From the NCBI GenBank assembly GCA_963735805.1, contig CAVTMK010000002.1, positions 1,280,001-1,344,000 on the forward strand: a stretch of 64,000 bases of DNA, in the 5' to 3' direction. A program made the translations under genes and the position numbers. Shown in pieces: positions 30,471 to 40,724 of the stretch. The stretch's first letter is position 1. Each line of letters opens with the position of its first letter. The notes beneath the pieces are model-generated. The model saw nothing but the letters and a program-made list of their open reading frames with translations. It had not been told where the DNA came from and made no database searches. The stretch comes from an uncultured Verrucomicrobiae bacterium. Lineage in GTDB: Bacteria; Verrucomicrobiota; Verrucomicrobiia; Chthoniobacterales; UBA10450.

Positions 30471-31165
30471 CATGTTCTTTAGAAGAGTTACAAGTGCGTC
30501 TGCCAAAATCTTTCGTGACCGCGCAATCCTCCGAGCGAACTGGACCAGGTGCGGGGCGCGGCTTGGATGTGCAAGAAGGTGTGTCGCCAGCTTAAGCATG
30601 CGAGTTTGCTGGCGTTCAATGTCGAAAAGAACATCCATCGGGGCCGGGAAAAGTTCGTGCGGCGTGTCGCTTATTACTCGAAGTGAAAGCAGCGGAATCC
30701 CTCGATCCGCGCAGGCGCGCGCGATGAATTCCGTCTCCATATCTACTGCCGCCGCTTTCGACGTGAGCGCAAGGTTGGTTCGTTCCTCGGGGGAATCGAT
30801 CAATGCAGGCACCGTCAAGAGCTTCCCGATATGAATCGGCAAATCCGAAAGCGATGCGCGCGTCCACTCAGGTCAACTGTCGAAAAATTCTCTGCCAGGA
30901 GTAGATCGCCGATCTGCAAATCATGGGCGAGTGCCCCTGCAAAGCCGCTGCTGATCAAACAATCGAATTGCTGGTCTTGTAGAAATTTTTCCAAGCGCTG
31001 CCGGCAGACCTTTTCACCGACCCCGGTATGAAGGACTTCAATCAGACGCTCATCAATCCTTCCGCGAATTGTCCTGATGCCTTTGCGATCTGTTCGGGAC
31101 TTTTGGGCAAGATAACGCAGGAATTCCCGGCTTTCTGCTGGCACCGCAAATATTACCGCGATCAT
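30468..31165 (-). pseudogene. Nucleoside phosphorylase family protein (MtnN/HpnG-like), split by a 1-nt deletion near 30863-30866
   Basis: HTGVG and SSGFAGAL...GD in ORF 30815-31165; AVDMET...RVISD in ORF 30468-30842. One added base gives DLS(G/E)TRASLSDLPIHIG. Confidence 0.82.
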
Positions 31166-31168
31166 ATC

Positions 31169-32156
31169 TCACGCACCGACGGCACTGAGAAAGGCAAGCA
31201 TTCGCTGTAGCGCCTCCTGGCCGGTCGGTGCATCGAGGTTGAATTGGTACTCATGCGGCAGCGGCGGAACGTGGTTGGATGGAAAGAAAAGGCTATCGAC
31301 GCGAACGCCAAGGCGCATCAATTTCTCTGCAAGCGCGACAGCCTGCGGCGCGAGCGGATCCGCATTGCCGCTGGAAATAAAAGTCGGCGGAAAAGTTCGG
31401 GTGACGTTGCCCGGTCACGGACATTAGTTTGAATCGGTCGTCGGCTCGGAAATTCTTCACACCGGAATACGCCCATAGCATTGCTTTTAGAAACCATCCG
31501 TGATTACCGACTGGATTCACCGCGGACGGATCGTAGACGCCGGAAAAAAGGAGCATGGCCAACAACTGATTCACTTTTAACTGCCGGGTAAGTCCGATTG
31601 CGCGTGCGTAGTCGGGGTCGGTAGTAATCATTGCCACCTGGCTCGCGATATGCGCTCCAGCCGAATCGCCAGCGAGAACGATCTTGGCGGGGTCCACCTT
31701 GAGATTGGCGGCGTTCCGGACGACAAACCCGAGCGCCGCGTTCACCTCCTCGACCGGCTGTGGATAGGTTGTTCCATAACCCCTCGAATATTCGACGGCG
31801 ATCATCGTGTAGCCGTGTCCTGCCAGGATCTTCATGTAGTTGGTGATCCCGTTTTTGTTTCCGGCTACGAATCCGCCACCATGCACCCAGACGATCGTTG
31901 GACGAGGCGCGTTTCCTTCCTGTTGATAGTACAGATCAAACGTTTCATTTTTCCCGCTGCCATAGGCGACGTCGCGCCGCGCAACGATGCCACTTGGAAC
32001 ATGCTTTTCGAGAGCGGCCTCGGAAGCTCGGGCGCCTTTCGCGAACGCGTACGTAATAAGTGCAACCGACGGCCACGGGCTGAGGGTAAACGCCAATATG
32101 GCAACTGCGATCAGGATAACGAGAACGCAGGCAGACCAGATAAGGAAGCGCTTCAT
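31169..32156 (-). pseudogene. Alpha/beta hydrolase (HSL-like esterase) with a 1-nt insertion near 31410-31412
   Basis: HGGGF and GDSAG. Removing one G restores VTGNVTRTFPPTFISSGNADPL...LPHEYQF...AVGA* with the catalytic Asp and His, ending at 31169. Confidence 0.85.
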
Positions 32157-32204
32157 GACGATCAGCTCCCGCCTCTCTCTAGGTCTTTGGTTGCTTCTTT
32201 GCCA

Positions 32205-32882
32205 TCAATCGCTTTTAGGCGTTCCCTCGACGACTTGGACGACGAAGCTCTTCTTCTCAGTTGTAGCCGTCGTAGCCGGGCCAGGTGATTCCAGCGGTTT
32301 TTCGCCGACGATCGATGAAATCGCTGCCCGGAATTCCGCTTCGCGGTTCGAGGGAACATCTACAAGAACGCTAAGCCTACCCTTGTCCGGAAGACCTTTG
32401 GTAGCAGAACCGCCGACTCGTGATGCGATGGTGACTACTTCGTCCGCGACTGCCTCCAGTTTCCCAGTTGCCGCTGGAACCACGATTTCACCGACACCGA
32501 ACGGCGTGGGCGTGAATGTTGCGGCGGCGTGCTCCAAAGAATTCGCGATCTGCTCTCGCATTTGCTTTTCAAGCAATGGCCGATTCGGGTTCTTCGTTTC
32601 GTGTCTGGCGATTAACCAAAGACCGATCCCAACGTTGACAGCAATGAGAACGATGAATGCTCCGCCAACGCGAAGTGCCATTTTGCGTCCTTGCTCCGTC
32701 ACGTCCTGTTTTGGCGGCAACAGGACTTCCTGCGAATCGCCGCGCATACCCGCATGAATCTGGCGGGCAACCGCCAGTTCACGTTGCAACTGCTTGTCGG
32801 AGATCAATCGCTGTTCCAGGACGACCCGCTCCGCCGCGGGCAATCTGCCCTCGAGATAATCAAAGAGCTTATCGGGATTCAT
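32205..32882 (-). CDS. Anti-sigma-factor-like membrane protein
   Basis: LFDYLEGRLPAAER...LEQRL anti-sigma-like N-terminus, then one TM helix and a periplasmic domain. Confidence 0.55.
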   Translation of the reverse strand: MNPDKLFDYLEGRLPAAERVVLEQRLISDKQLQRELAVARQIHAGMRGDSQEVLLPPKQDVTEQGRKMALRVGGAFIVLIAVNVGIGLWLIARHETKNPNRPLLEKQMREQIANSLEHAAATFTPTPFGVGEIVVPAATGKLEAVADEVVTIASRVGGSATKGLPDKGRLSVLVDVPSNREAEFRAAISSIVGEKPLESPGPATTATTEKKSFVVQVVEGTPKSD

Positions 32883-32998
32883 TGTTGAACGATTGAGAAA
32901 GCGTCATGCTACAGGTCTCCGCACGCAATGACGAACTGTGCGGTTTCGCGCGGGAATGGACATTTGCTCTCTAACAGGGCGGCAATACAATCGTTGAG

Positions 32999-35900
32999 GT
33001 GGCCGGGAACGATCAGAAAGAGGTGCGGCGCCACGGGAGGATTTGGCATCGTGTGTTCGTCGGCCTCGCTGTGTGCGTGGCGCTGCTATTCATTTTTCAT
33101 CGTCCCATTTTGCTGGCGATTGGCCGGCAGATCGTGCTGCGGTACGCCGCGGGACAAAATTTAAAGATCGATTTTCGCCTGGAGGGCAATCCTTTCAGCC
33201 ATCTGACTGTACGAAATCTTCGCGCCTTTCCGACCGGGCCGTCGGCTATCGAATCGATCGACATTGATTCCCTGTATGTTGATTACAGTTTACCCGGACT
33301 CGCGCGACACGGGTTATCGCATTTTTTGGAAGACGTCGAAATGCGTTCGGCACACGTTGTCTTAAATCCTGCCAGAGCTGCGCAGCCCAAACCGCGTCCG
33401 AAACAAAACTTAAAATTACCTTCGGTGTTTCCAGAGCGGATTCGGCTGGCAGACGCCACGCTGGTGATCAGGAATAAGCCTAACGATTTCGTCATTGAAC
33501 ACGTTGATCTTGATTTCAACCCGGGCGCTCCGGGCGACGTGCGAATCGAAAAGTTGCAGCTTCCATCCGGTGACAGTTGGTCCAGAATTTCCGGGCAAGC
33601 TTCCTATACAAACAAGAATCTTGTTCTGCGTGATCTGATTCTCAGCGACCAGGAACAGATCCGTCTCGTAAATGTCGATGCATCGCGCATTGACGACAAA
33701 ACGCTGGGACTCAAATTCGAGTGCGCGATCGGTGGTGGTCAATTATCCGCTTCGGCCACGTTAACCGAAACAGAGACTTCGTTGAACGCGAAAATCAACG
33801 TGGCTGCGCAGAACATTACAGGTAAGTCGCTGAACAAATTTTTATTTTTGCGGGAAGATTTTTTTTCAGGCGAAATCGAGCGACTCGCTCTTGATGGAAC
33901 AGGAGTAGTCGATGCGCCGCATACATGGACCGGGACAATGTCGTTGCAGGTCAGCAATGCGCATCTGCAGGCAATCAATTTCGATCGTGGCATTGTGGAA
34001 GCTTCGGCAGAACGGGGCAACGCGATTTTGCGATCGGCAGACATCGTCCAGGATAAAAACGAGTTTCATTTTCGCGGGACGATGGAGCTGCCTTCTACGG
34101 TTCAGGATTTCGACCGCGCTCCAACGACTCTGGAAATTGCGGGAACGGCGCCTGACCTTCAACGACTAACTACAGGCACGCCTGTGCAATTGACCGGTTC
34201 GGCTCAGTTCACTGGAAAGATCGACATTGTGAATGCGAAGATTGAGGCAACTCTTGGCGTGACTGGAGAGTCAATCGGCTTTCGAGATGGAACGATTGAG
34301 AAGCTGAACAGCACGCTACGCGCGTCCAAGACGATTGCGAAGCCCGATACAAGGCAGGGATCGTCCCCCTCCGCTCAAGCTACGGCGGACAGGCCGGCTC
34401 CGGCTACAGCCAGGAGACCGTGGTTCGCGGACCTTCGCACCGCAATGGACTTCGAATTGGCCGGCATACGTTATCGGGATCACATCATCGATTCAGTGGA
34501 AGGTTCGTTAAATGGGAGCGACGATATTCTAGGGCTCGATCGGTTCGCGGTTCGGCGAAATCAAAATGACCTGAATGTTCGCGGTCGTTACAAGCTGCCT
34601 GCAGAGGTCGGCAAAGCTCTTTCGCAACCCGCTATGCTCGATGTGGTACTCAATGCGCCTGAAGCCGGCGACTTTTGGATCGAGAATTCTCCGAACAAAT
34701 TGAGTGGCCCGTTACAAATGACGGCGCAACTCGAATGGAAACAAGAGACAGCCAACGGACAGATTTCGATTTCCAGTTCAAACCTCAAGCTGCGAGACCT
34801 GGTTTTCCGGCAATTGAACGCGCAATGTTCGATTTCTAATAGCGTCGCGTATCTGAACGATTTCAGGACAAGTCTGAATGATTCGGACTTCTGTAGCGCA
34901 ACCGGGAGTCTGGATTTGCGGCAGCCTCATCATTACAACGGCAAGATTTCGGCGAGTGTAGCGAACTTATCGACGCTTCAACCGTTGCTTCGCACTTTTG
35001 GTAATCAGAACGAATTGGCAGGTTCAATTACACTTAACTGGGAAGGAAACGGAGCCGCGCAAATTTCGAAGAGCTCAGGGAACCTGAAATTCGTTCTGGA
35101 AAAGGGACGCTACGGAAACATGCAATCGCTCCGGGCAAATATTGATGCGTCCTATTCGCCCGACGGTCTTGATGTGCCGATCATCTTTTTCGCCAGCGGC
35201 AACACGGATTTTCAGGCAGTCGCGCAGGCAAAGGGCGAGACGCTCGAGATAACCAGGATTCAACTCGACCAGGGGCAGGCGAGATTTGCCTCGGGATATG
35301 TCTCTTTCCCGGTTGTGTGGCGAAATATTGGAACGAATGCAGGGGCAATTCCGTCGTCTGGCAAAGTGTTCGCCACAATTCAGTCCGAGAATCTGGATCT
35401 CAAGAAACTGTTTGGCGATCTCGGGATCAAAGCGGGAACATCGGGGGCGCTGAATGCGAGGCTCGACGCCGACGGCACAATTGAAGACTTGAATGCGCGC
35501 CTGGAAGTGCACGTGAGGGATCTGCGAAATGACACCTGGCCGAAAATGGAGCCAGCGACCTTCGATCTTAACGCGCAAGCCTCGCAGAATCGCCTGACAG
35601 TGTTGGGCAAACTACAGCAGGCACGAATTCAACCTCTGGAGGTAAACGCGAATATGCCTTTTGATATTCCGAAAATTGCGCGTGCGGGGAAATTGCCAGA
35701 CGAAACACCAATCACAGCAAAGGCGCGTCTGCCGCGCAGTTCCGTGAATTTTGTCCGGCAATTTGTTCCGGAACTCGAGCAACTCGATGGCGAACTTGGT
35801 TTGGATGTTGATGTAAGCGGAACGATCGGCAAACCGGTTTTTAGCGGGGCAGGGGACATGACGGTGAATGTTGCTCGTTTTACGAATGCGAGTCTGCCTG

Positions 35901-36934
35901 CGTTAACAAATTTTAGTGCACGCCTAAGCTTCGCACAGAACGCCCTTAGCCTGGAGCGATTCGGCGGAGACCTTGCCGGCGGTCCATTCACAATAAGCGG
36001 CCGCGTCACTTTTCCGAAGCTGACGCAACCGACATTGGATTTCCAACTGAAGGCAACCAGCGTGTTGCTTGCGCGAAATGATACACTCACCTTCCGCACG
36101 GACGCAGACATAACGGTTACCGGTCCGTTCGCGGCCGCAACAGTCAGCGGCAACGTCGCACTGACGAACAGTCATATTTTGAAGAACATCGATCTAATTC
36201 CGATCGGTTTGCCGGGCAGACCCGCACCAGAACCGCCGTCGGAGCGTCCCGAATTTTCGATCTCCACCCCGCCATTTCGCGACTGGAAATTCGATGTCGC
36301 AATCAAAACGAAAGATCCTGTGCTGATTCGCGGAAACCTGGCTACCGGGCAGGCGACAAGCGATCTAAAGTTAACTGGAACCGGACTGCATCCGGGGCTG
36401 CAAGGATTAGTGCGGATGGAAAAGGTAGAAGCGACTTTGCCATTCAGCCGATTGGAGGTGTCACGCGGCTCACTGACTTTCGATCCGAGCGACTCGATGA
36501 ATCCGAGAATTGATCTCGAAGGAACATCGGTGATCCGCGATTACACGGTACGTGTTTATGTATATGGAACCATCCTTTCACCCCAAGCCATTTTTACCAG
36601 TGAACCGCCTCTGCCGCAGGAAGAAATCATTTCCCTAATCGCAACTGGTGCGACACGAGAGGAGCTATCGGGCAACAATAACGTCCTGGCGGGGCGTGCC
36701 GCCATGTTGCTGGTGCAGCAGCTTTACCGGAAAATCTTCAAAAAAGGCGAACCAACCCAAAGTAACGCAATCTTTAATCGCCTGGACTTGGATTTGGGAA
36801 CAGTCGATCCGCGGACCGGCCAGCAGCAGGCGACCGCGCGATTCAAGATCAACGATCACCTGGTTCTCACCGGCGATGTCGGCGTGAGAGGCGATTTTCG
36901 GGGAAAGTTAAAATATCTGATTCGGTTTCGCTAA
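32999..36934 (+). CDS. tamB: Translocation/assembly module TamB-like protein (DUF490)
   Basis: 1311 aa, N-terminal anchor, beta-rich, C-terminal FTSEPPLPQEEIISLIATG; ends ...KYLIRFR; adjacent to an Omp85 gene. Confidence 0.85.
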   Translation: MAGNDQKEVRRHGRIWHRVFVGLAVCVALLFIFHRPILLAIGRQIVLRYAAGQNLKIDFRLEGNPFSHLTVRNLRAFPTGPSAIESIDIDSLYVDYSLPGLARHGLSHFLEDVEMRSAHVVLNPARAAQPKPRPKQNLKLPSVFPERIRLADATLVIRNKPNDFVIEHVDLDFNPGAPGDVRIEKLQLPSGDSWSRISGQASYTNKNLVLRDLILSDQEQIRLVNVDASRIDDKTLGLKFECAIGGGQLSASATLTETETSLNAKINVAAQNITGKSLNKFLFLREDFFSGEIERLALDGTGVVDAPHTWTGTMSLQVSNAHLQAINFDRGIVEASAERGNAILRSADIVQDKNEFHFRGTMELPSTVQDFDRAPTTLEIAGTAPDLQRLTTGTPVQLTGSAQFTGKIDIVNAKIEATLGVTGESIGFRDGTIEKLNSTLRASKTIAKPDTRQGSSPSAQATADRPAPATARRPWFADLRTAMDFELAGIRYRDHIIDSVEGSLNGSDDILGLDRFAVRRNQNDLNVRGRYKLPAEVGKALSQPAMLDVVLNAPEAGDFWIENSPNKLSGPLQMTAQLEWKQETANGQISISSSNLKLRDLVFRQLNAQCSISNSVAYLNDFRTSLNDSDFCSATGSLDLRQPHHYNGKISASVANLSTLQPLLRTFGNQNELAGSITLNWEGNGAAQISKSSGNLKFVLEKGRYGNMQSLRANIDASYSPDGLDVPIIFFASGNTDFQAVAQAKGETLEITRIQLDQGQARFASGYVSFPVVWRNIGTNAGAIPSSGKVFATIQSENLDLKKLFGDLGIKAGTSGALNARLDADGTIEDLNARLEVHVRDLRNDTWPKMEPATFDLNAQASQNRLTVLGKLQQARIQPLEVNANMPFDIPKIARAGKLPDETPITAKARLPRSSVNFVRQFVPELEQLDGELGLDVDVSGTIGKPVFSGAGDMTVNVARFTNASLPALTNFSARLSFAQNALSLERFGGDLAGGPFTISGRVTFPKLTQPTLDFQLKATSVLLARNDTLTFRTDADITVTGPFAAATVSGNVALTNSHILKNIDLIPIGLPGRPAPEPPSERPEFSISTPPFRDWKFDVAIKTKDPVLIRGNLATGQATSDLKLTGTGLHPGLQGLVRMEKVEATLPFSRLEVSRGSLTFDPSDSMNPRIDLEGTSVIRDYTVRVYVYGTILSPQAIFTSEPPLPQEEIISLIATGATREELSGNNNVLAGRAAMLLVQQLYRKIFKKGEPTQSNAIFNRLDLDLGTVDPRTGQQQATARFKINDHLVLTGDVGVRGDFRGKLKYLIRFR

Positions 36935-36935
36935 C

Positions 36936-39116
36936 ATGGGACGCAGGGTCATTTTCTGTCTCGGAAGTATGGCCCTCGTATTTGAGGTCGCGGCCCAGAC
37001 CGCGGTCGATGTGGCGCGACCCGAAGAGAGACAAAAAGCGCAGCAGGCGGTCGTAAAAGAACAGGAGAAACGGGCGAAGCGGGCAAGCATTATCGAGTTT
37101 CGCGGCCAGCAGTCTTTCGATGAGAAAGAATTACGTTCGGCCTTGAAAGAAGAAATCGCGACGATCGAGGATTATGGATTAAGCCCCGCGCGAGCGGACG
37201 ATCTCGCCTTTTTTCTGGAGGTTTTCTATCGAAAACACGGCTACGCGAAAGTGAACGTGCACTACGTGATCGAATCGGGCGATCGATTGCGTCTCGATAT
37301 TACGGAAGGCCCGCGTTTCATGATCGGAACTGTGACGTTCGCCGGAAATGCCAAGGAACCAGCGGACAAGCTTTTCGATTACATGGTGGGTCCGACCCGC
37401 GAACGATACTCGAGCATCGAGAAACGGTTGCCCTTTGTTGCTGCGGACATGGAGGAAGGAGTTGGCTTGGTACATCGCTTTTATGTCGCGGAAGGTTTTT
37501 TAGATGCCGAAGTCGATCCGCCGCGATACACCTTTCAGGAGAATAGTAGTCAGGTTGACGTCGTGGTTCCGATTCACGAAGGGCGACAATACTTCTTTGG
37601 CCACATCGCGTTCTCCGGGCGGTCCGTTTACGGTGCTGAGACATTGCGCGGACAACTTGGCGATCTGTTGCAGCGGCCTTACACCGACGCGCGTGTAGCC
37701 GATATTCCTCGCCGGCTACAGGCATATTTCAAAACGCGCGGATATTACGATGTCAAAGTCGTGGCCAACGGCGCGCCGGAGGAAGCGGTTGATGGCCGCG
37801 TGCCGGTGCAGATCACGATTTCGGCTGGACCAGTTTACCATTTCGATGGCGTTACTGTTCGCGGGCTTCAGCGATTGCATCCCAGCTTCGTGATCAAACG
37901 ATTTAGCCGGTTGAATGGAAAGACGTACAGCCCGGATCTTCTCGATGAGCGATTTCGTACGCTCATGAAGACCGGCCTTTTCAACGTGCTGCAAATCAAG
38001 CCAGTCCCTGTCGATGGACATCTGTTGCGGCTCGACATCTCCGCCGAAGAGGCAAAAAGCAAAGAATTTGGTTTTTGGGGTGGGTTCGACACATACGAAG
38101 GCGCACTGGCTGGTGTACAGATTGGTGATCGCGACCTTTTCGGCTACGGACGTCCACTTACCGCATCGATCGAGGTTTCACAGCGCAGCTACAAAGGTGA
38201 GATTTTGTACCAGGATCCGTTTTTTCTGGACACAGATGTTTTCTTCAGAGCGCGGATTAATGCTTTTACTTTTGACTATGACGGCTACACAAAATTCGAA
38301 TTAGGCGGACGAGCCGAATTCACTCAAAAGATCACGAAATATGACGAGGTAGGTCTGGTTCTCGCTGTACGCCATGTAAAAATCATCGACTCTCAGATTA
38401 AGCCGGCATTTCTCCTGGGGGACACGACGAACTATCTCGTCAACACAATTGGACTCACAAATACTCTCGATTTTCGTGAAAGCCCGCTGGTGAACCCTCG
38501 TGGCTTTCTTATTGGCAACACAGTGGACGTGGCTTCCAACGCGTTTGGAAGTGATATCCAATATGTCCGCGGCACAATGCGAGTTGGATACTATCATCCA
38601 TTTGGACCAAAGGCTCTCACACCCGGCGTAGTGGAAGACCAATCCACCGGAACTCCTTTCCAGCAGTGGTTTCATCAATCCTCGATCGCGTTCGGCGCTC
38701 GCGCCGGGATCATTCATTCGCTCACCAGTAGTGGCGCCGCCGAAGCGACTGCCATTCCCATTGACGAACGATTTTTTAATGGCGGCGCAACAAGCGTGCG
38801 CAGCTTCGGCGAACGCGACCTTGGTCCCCACGATAATCACGGTCATCCGGTCGGTGGAGAATTCTTCACCGTGTTTAATGTCGAATACACCTTTCCAATT
38901 CTGGGAGAACTGCAAGGAGCCGTATTCTTTGACGCCGGCAATCTTCTGCCGACATCGGAAGACATCGGGGTCGACGATATGCGTTATGCCATTGGTGCGG
39001 GCCTGCGCTACAAACTGCCCGTTGGTCCGATACGTCTCGACTATGGTGTCAATCCCGATCCGCGGCCGGACGAAGATTTCGGCGCGTTTCATTTCAGCTT
39101 TGGCTTTGCTTTTTAG
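36936..39116 (+). CDS. BamA/TamA (Omp85) family outer-membrane protein
   Basis: POTRA repeats, ERFFNGGATSVRSF, GAGLRYKLPVGPIRLDYG, C-terminal FSFGFAF. Confidence 0.93.
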   Translation: MGRRVIFCLGSMALVFEVAAQTAVDVARPEERQKAQQAVVKEQEKRAKRASIIEFRGQQSFDEKELRSALKEEIATIEDYGLSPARADDLAFFLEVFYRKHGYAKVNVHYVIESGDRLRLDITEGPRFMIGTVTFAGNAKEPADKLFDYMVGPTRERYSSIEKRLPFVAADMEEGVGLVHRFYVAEGFLDAEVDPPRYTFQENSSQVDVVVPIHEGRQYFFGHIAFSGRSVYGAETLRGQLGDLLQRPYTDARVADIPRRLQAYFKTRGYYDVKVVANGAPEEAVDGRVPVQITISAGPVYHFDGVTVRGLQRLHPSFVIKRFSRLNGKTYSPDLLDERFRTLMKTGLFNVLQIKPVPVDGHLLRLDISAEEAKSKEFGFWGGFDTYEGALAGVQIGDRDLFGYGRPLTASIEVSQRSYKGEILYQDPFFLDTDVFFRARINAFTFDYDGYTKFELGGRAEFTQKITKYDEVGLVLAVRHVKIIDSQIKPAFLLGDTTNYLVNTIGLTNTLDFRESPLVNPRGFLIGNTVDVASNAFGSDIQYVRGTMRVGYYHPFGPKALTPGVVEDQSTGTPFQQWFHQSSIAFGARAGIIHSLTSSGAAEATAIPIDERFFNGGATSVRSFGERDLGPHDNHGHPVGGEFFTVFNVEYTFPILGELQGAVFFDAGNLLPTSEDIGVDDMRYAIGAGLRYKLPVGPIRLDYGVNPDPRPDEDFGAFHFSFGFAF

Positions 39117-39190
39117 CTGTAGCCGCTTCCCTGTGGGAAGCGTTGCGCTCGTATGTTAAGCATATCCAGGGCGCACTGCCCACACAGACG

Positions 39191-40669
39191 ATGAACGACC
39201 CACGATTGCTTGGCGACACTTCACCGGAGGAATTCCGCAGACAGTTGCACGAGCTGGCGGATTGGATCGCGGATTTTCGGCAAAATTTAGGATCTCTGAA
39301 AGTCGCGCCTAACGACAAACCGGGCGCGATTCTGGACGCGCTCCCCGCGAAGCCACCTGAAGAAGGTGAAGCGTTTGATAATATTTTGAGCGATATCGAT
39401 CGGCTCATCGTGCCTGGCATGGTGCATTGGAGTCACCCGATGTTTCTCGGGTATTTTGGCTGGACGACGAGCGCTCCCGCCATTCTCGGCGAAATCATCA
39501 CTGCGCCGCTTAACGTGAATGCGATGACGTGGCGTACATGTCCGGCCGCCACCGAACTGGAGACACTGGTGGTCGATTGGATCCGGCAATGGATGGATCT
39601 ACCGGGCGAATTTGGAGGCATCGTGTATGACACCGCGTCCGTGGGCGTGATGCACGCATTGGCCGTGGCGCGCGAAGAGGCTGCGCCGTCGGTGCGTAAG
39701 CACGGATTGGTCGGTGCAGGCGCGCCGGTGTTTCGCATTTACGCTTCTGAGCAAGCTCATAGCTCAGCGGAAAAAGCGGCGATTGCGCTAGGCCTGGGCG
39801 AAGAAAATGTGCAGCGCGTTCCGACGGATGCGGAATTCCGGATGAATGCGAGCGCGCTCCGCGAAATGATTGCGCGCGACGTTCGTGACAGTTTCAAACC
39901 GTTGGCAGTCATCGCCACTGTCGGTACTACCTCAACCGCGAGCGTTGACCCCGTTCCCGAAGTCGCGCGAATTTGCCGCGAAAAAAAGATGTGGCTTCAC
40001 ATCGACGGTGCCTATGGTGCGGGTTTCGCAATTCTGCCAGAAAACAAGTCGCTGACTAACGGTTGGAACGAAGCCGATTCCATCGTGGTGAATCCGCATA
40101 AGAGTCTTTTTGTTCCGCTCGATTTTAGCGTACTTTACGTGCGCGATCTGGAGCGGCTTCGACGAGTGTTCACGCTTGTGCCGGAATATTTGCGCGGCGA
40201 CACGGTCGAGGCGCAAAAAAATTATATGGACTACGGCATCCAGCTCGGTCGCAGGTTTCGGGCACTAAAAGCATGGGTAATCTTTCGCAGCTTTGGCAGG
40301 GAAGGTATGGCCGCCCGTCTTCGCGAACACATTCGATTGGCCGACCTCTTCGCTGATTGGATTAAGAGTGACAATCGCTTCGAACTGGCTGCGCCCGTGG
40401 GTCTGGCCGTGGTTTGTTTTCGATGGGTTGGGCCTGTAGCCGGCGTCGGTGACGCCGGGCCGGGGTCAGCGCCCCCGGCTACAACAGAAGATGAAATTGA
40501 TCAGTTAAACAGCGAGATCGTCGAGAAAATCAACGCGAGCGGTCGCGCTTATCTCACGCAAACAAAATTGCGAGGCCGAACGGTGATGCGAATTGGTCTC
40601 GGCAATGTGCTCACGACTGAGAGGCATTTGCATGAGGCGTGGGAAATGATTCGGGAAATCGCTCCATAG
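39191..40669 (+). CDS. Group II PLP-dependent (aromatic amino-acid-like) decarboxylase
   Basis: HWSHPMFLGYF, CPAATELE, SEQAHSS, TVGTT, HIDGAYG, NPHK (PLP lysine), GRRFRALK. Confidence 0.92.
   Translation: MNDPRLLGDTSPEEFRRQLHELADWIADFRQNLGSLKVAPNDKPGAILDALPAKPPEEGEAFDNILSDIDRLIVPGMVHWSHPMFLGYFGWTTSAPAILGEIITAPLNVNAMTWRTCPAATELETLVVDWIRQWMDLPGEFGGIVYDTASVGVMHALAVAREEAAPSVRKHGLVGAGAPVFRIYASEQAHSSAEKAAIALGLGEENVQRVPTDAEFRMNASALREMIARDVRDSFKPLAVIATVGTTSTASVDPVPEVARICREKKMWLHIDGAYGAGFAILPENKSLTNGWNEADSIVVNPHKSLFVPLDFSVLYVRDLERLRRVFTLVPEYLRGDTVEAQKNYMDYGIQLGRRFRALKAWVIFRSFGREGMAARLREHIRLADLFADWIKSDNRFELAAPVGLAVVCFRWVGPVAGVGDAGPGSAPPATTEDEIDQLNSEIVEKINASGRAYLTQTKLRGRTVMRIGLGNVLTTERHLHEAWEMIREIAP
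40435..40483. repeat. REP-like palindrome inserted in frame in the decarboxylase gene
   Basis: TGTAGCCGGCGTCGGTGACGCCGG-G-CCGGGGTCAGCGCCCCCGGCTACA. Confidence 0.8.
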
Positions 40670-40724
40670 AGCGGCAGTTACTGATTTGCGGCTGAGGACA
40701 GCCGCCTCTACAATTTCTCCCGTT

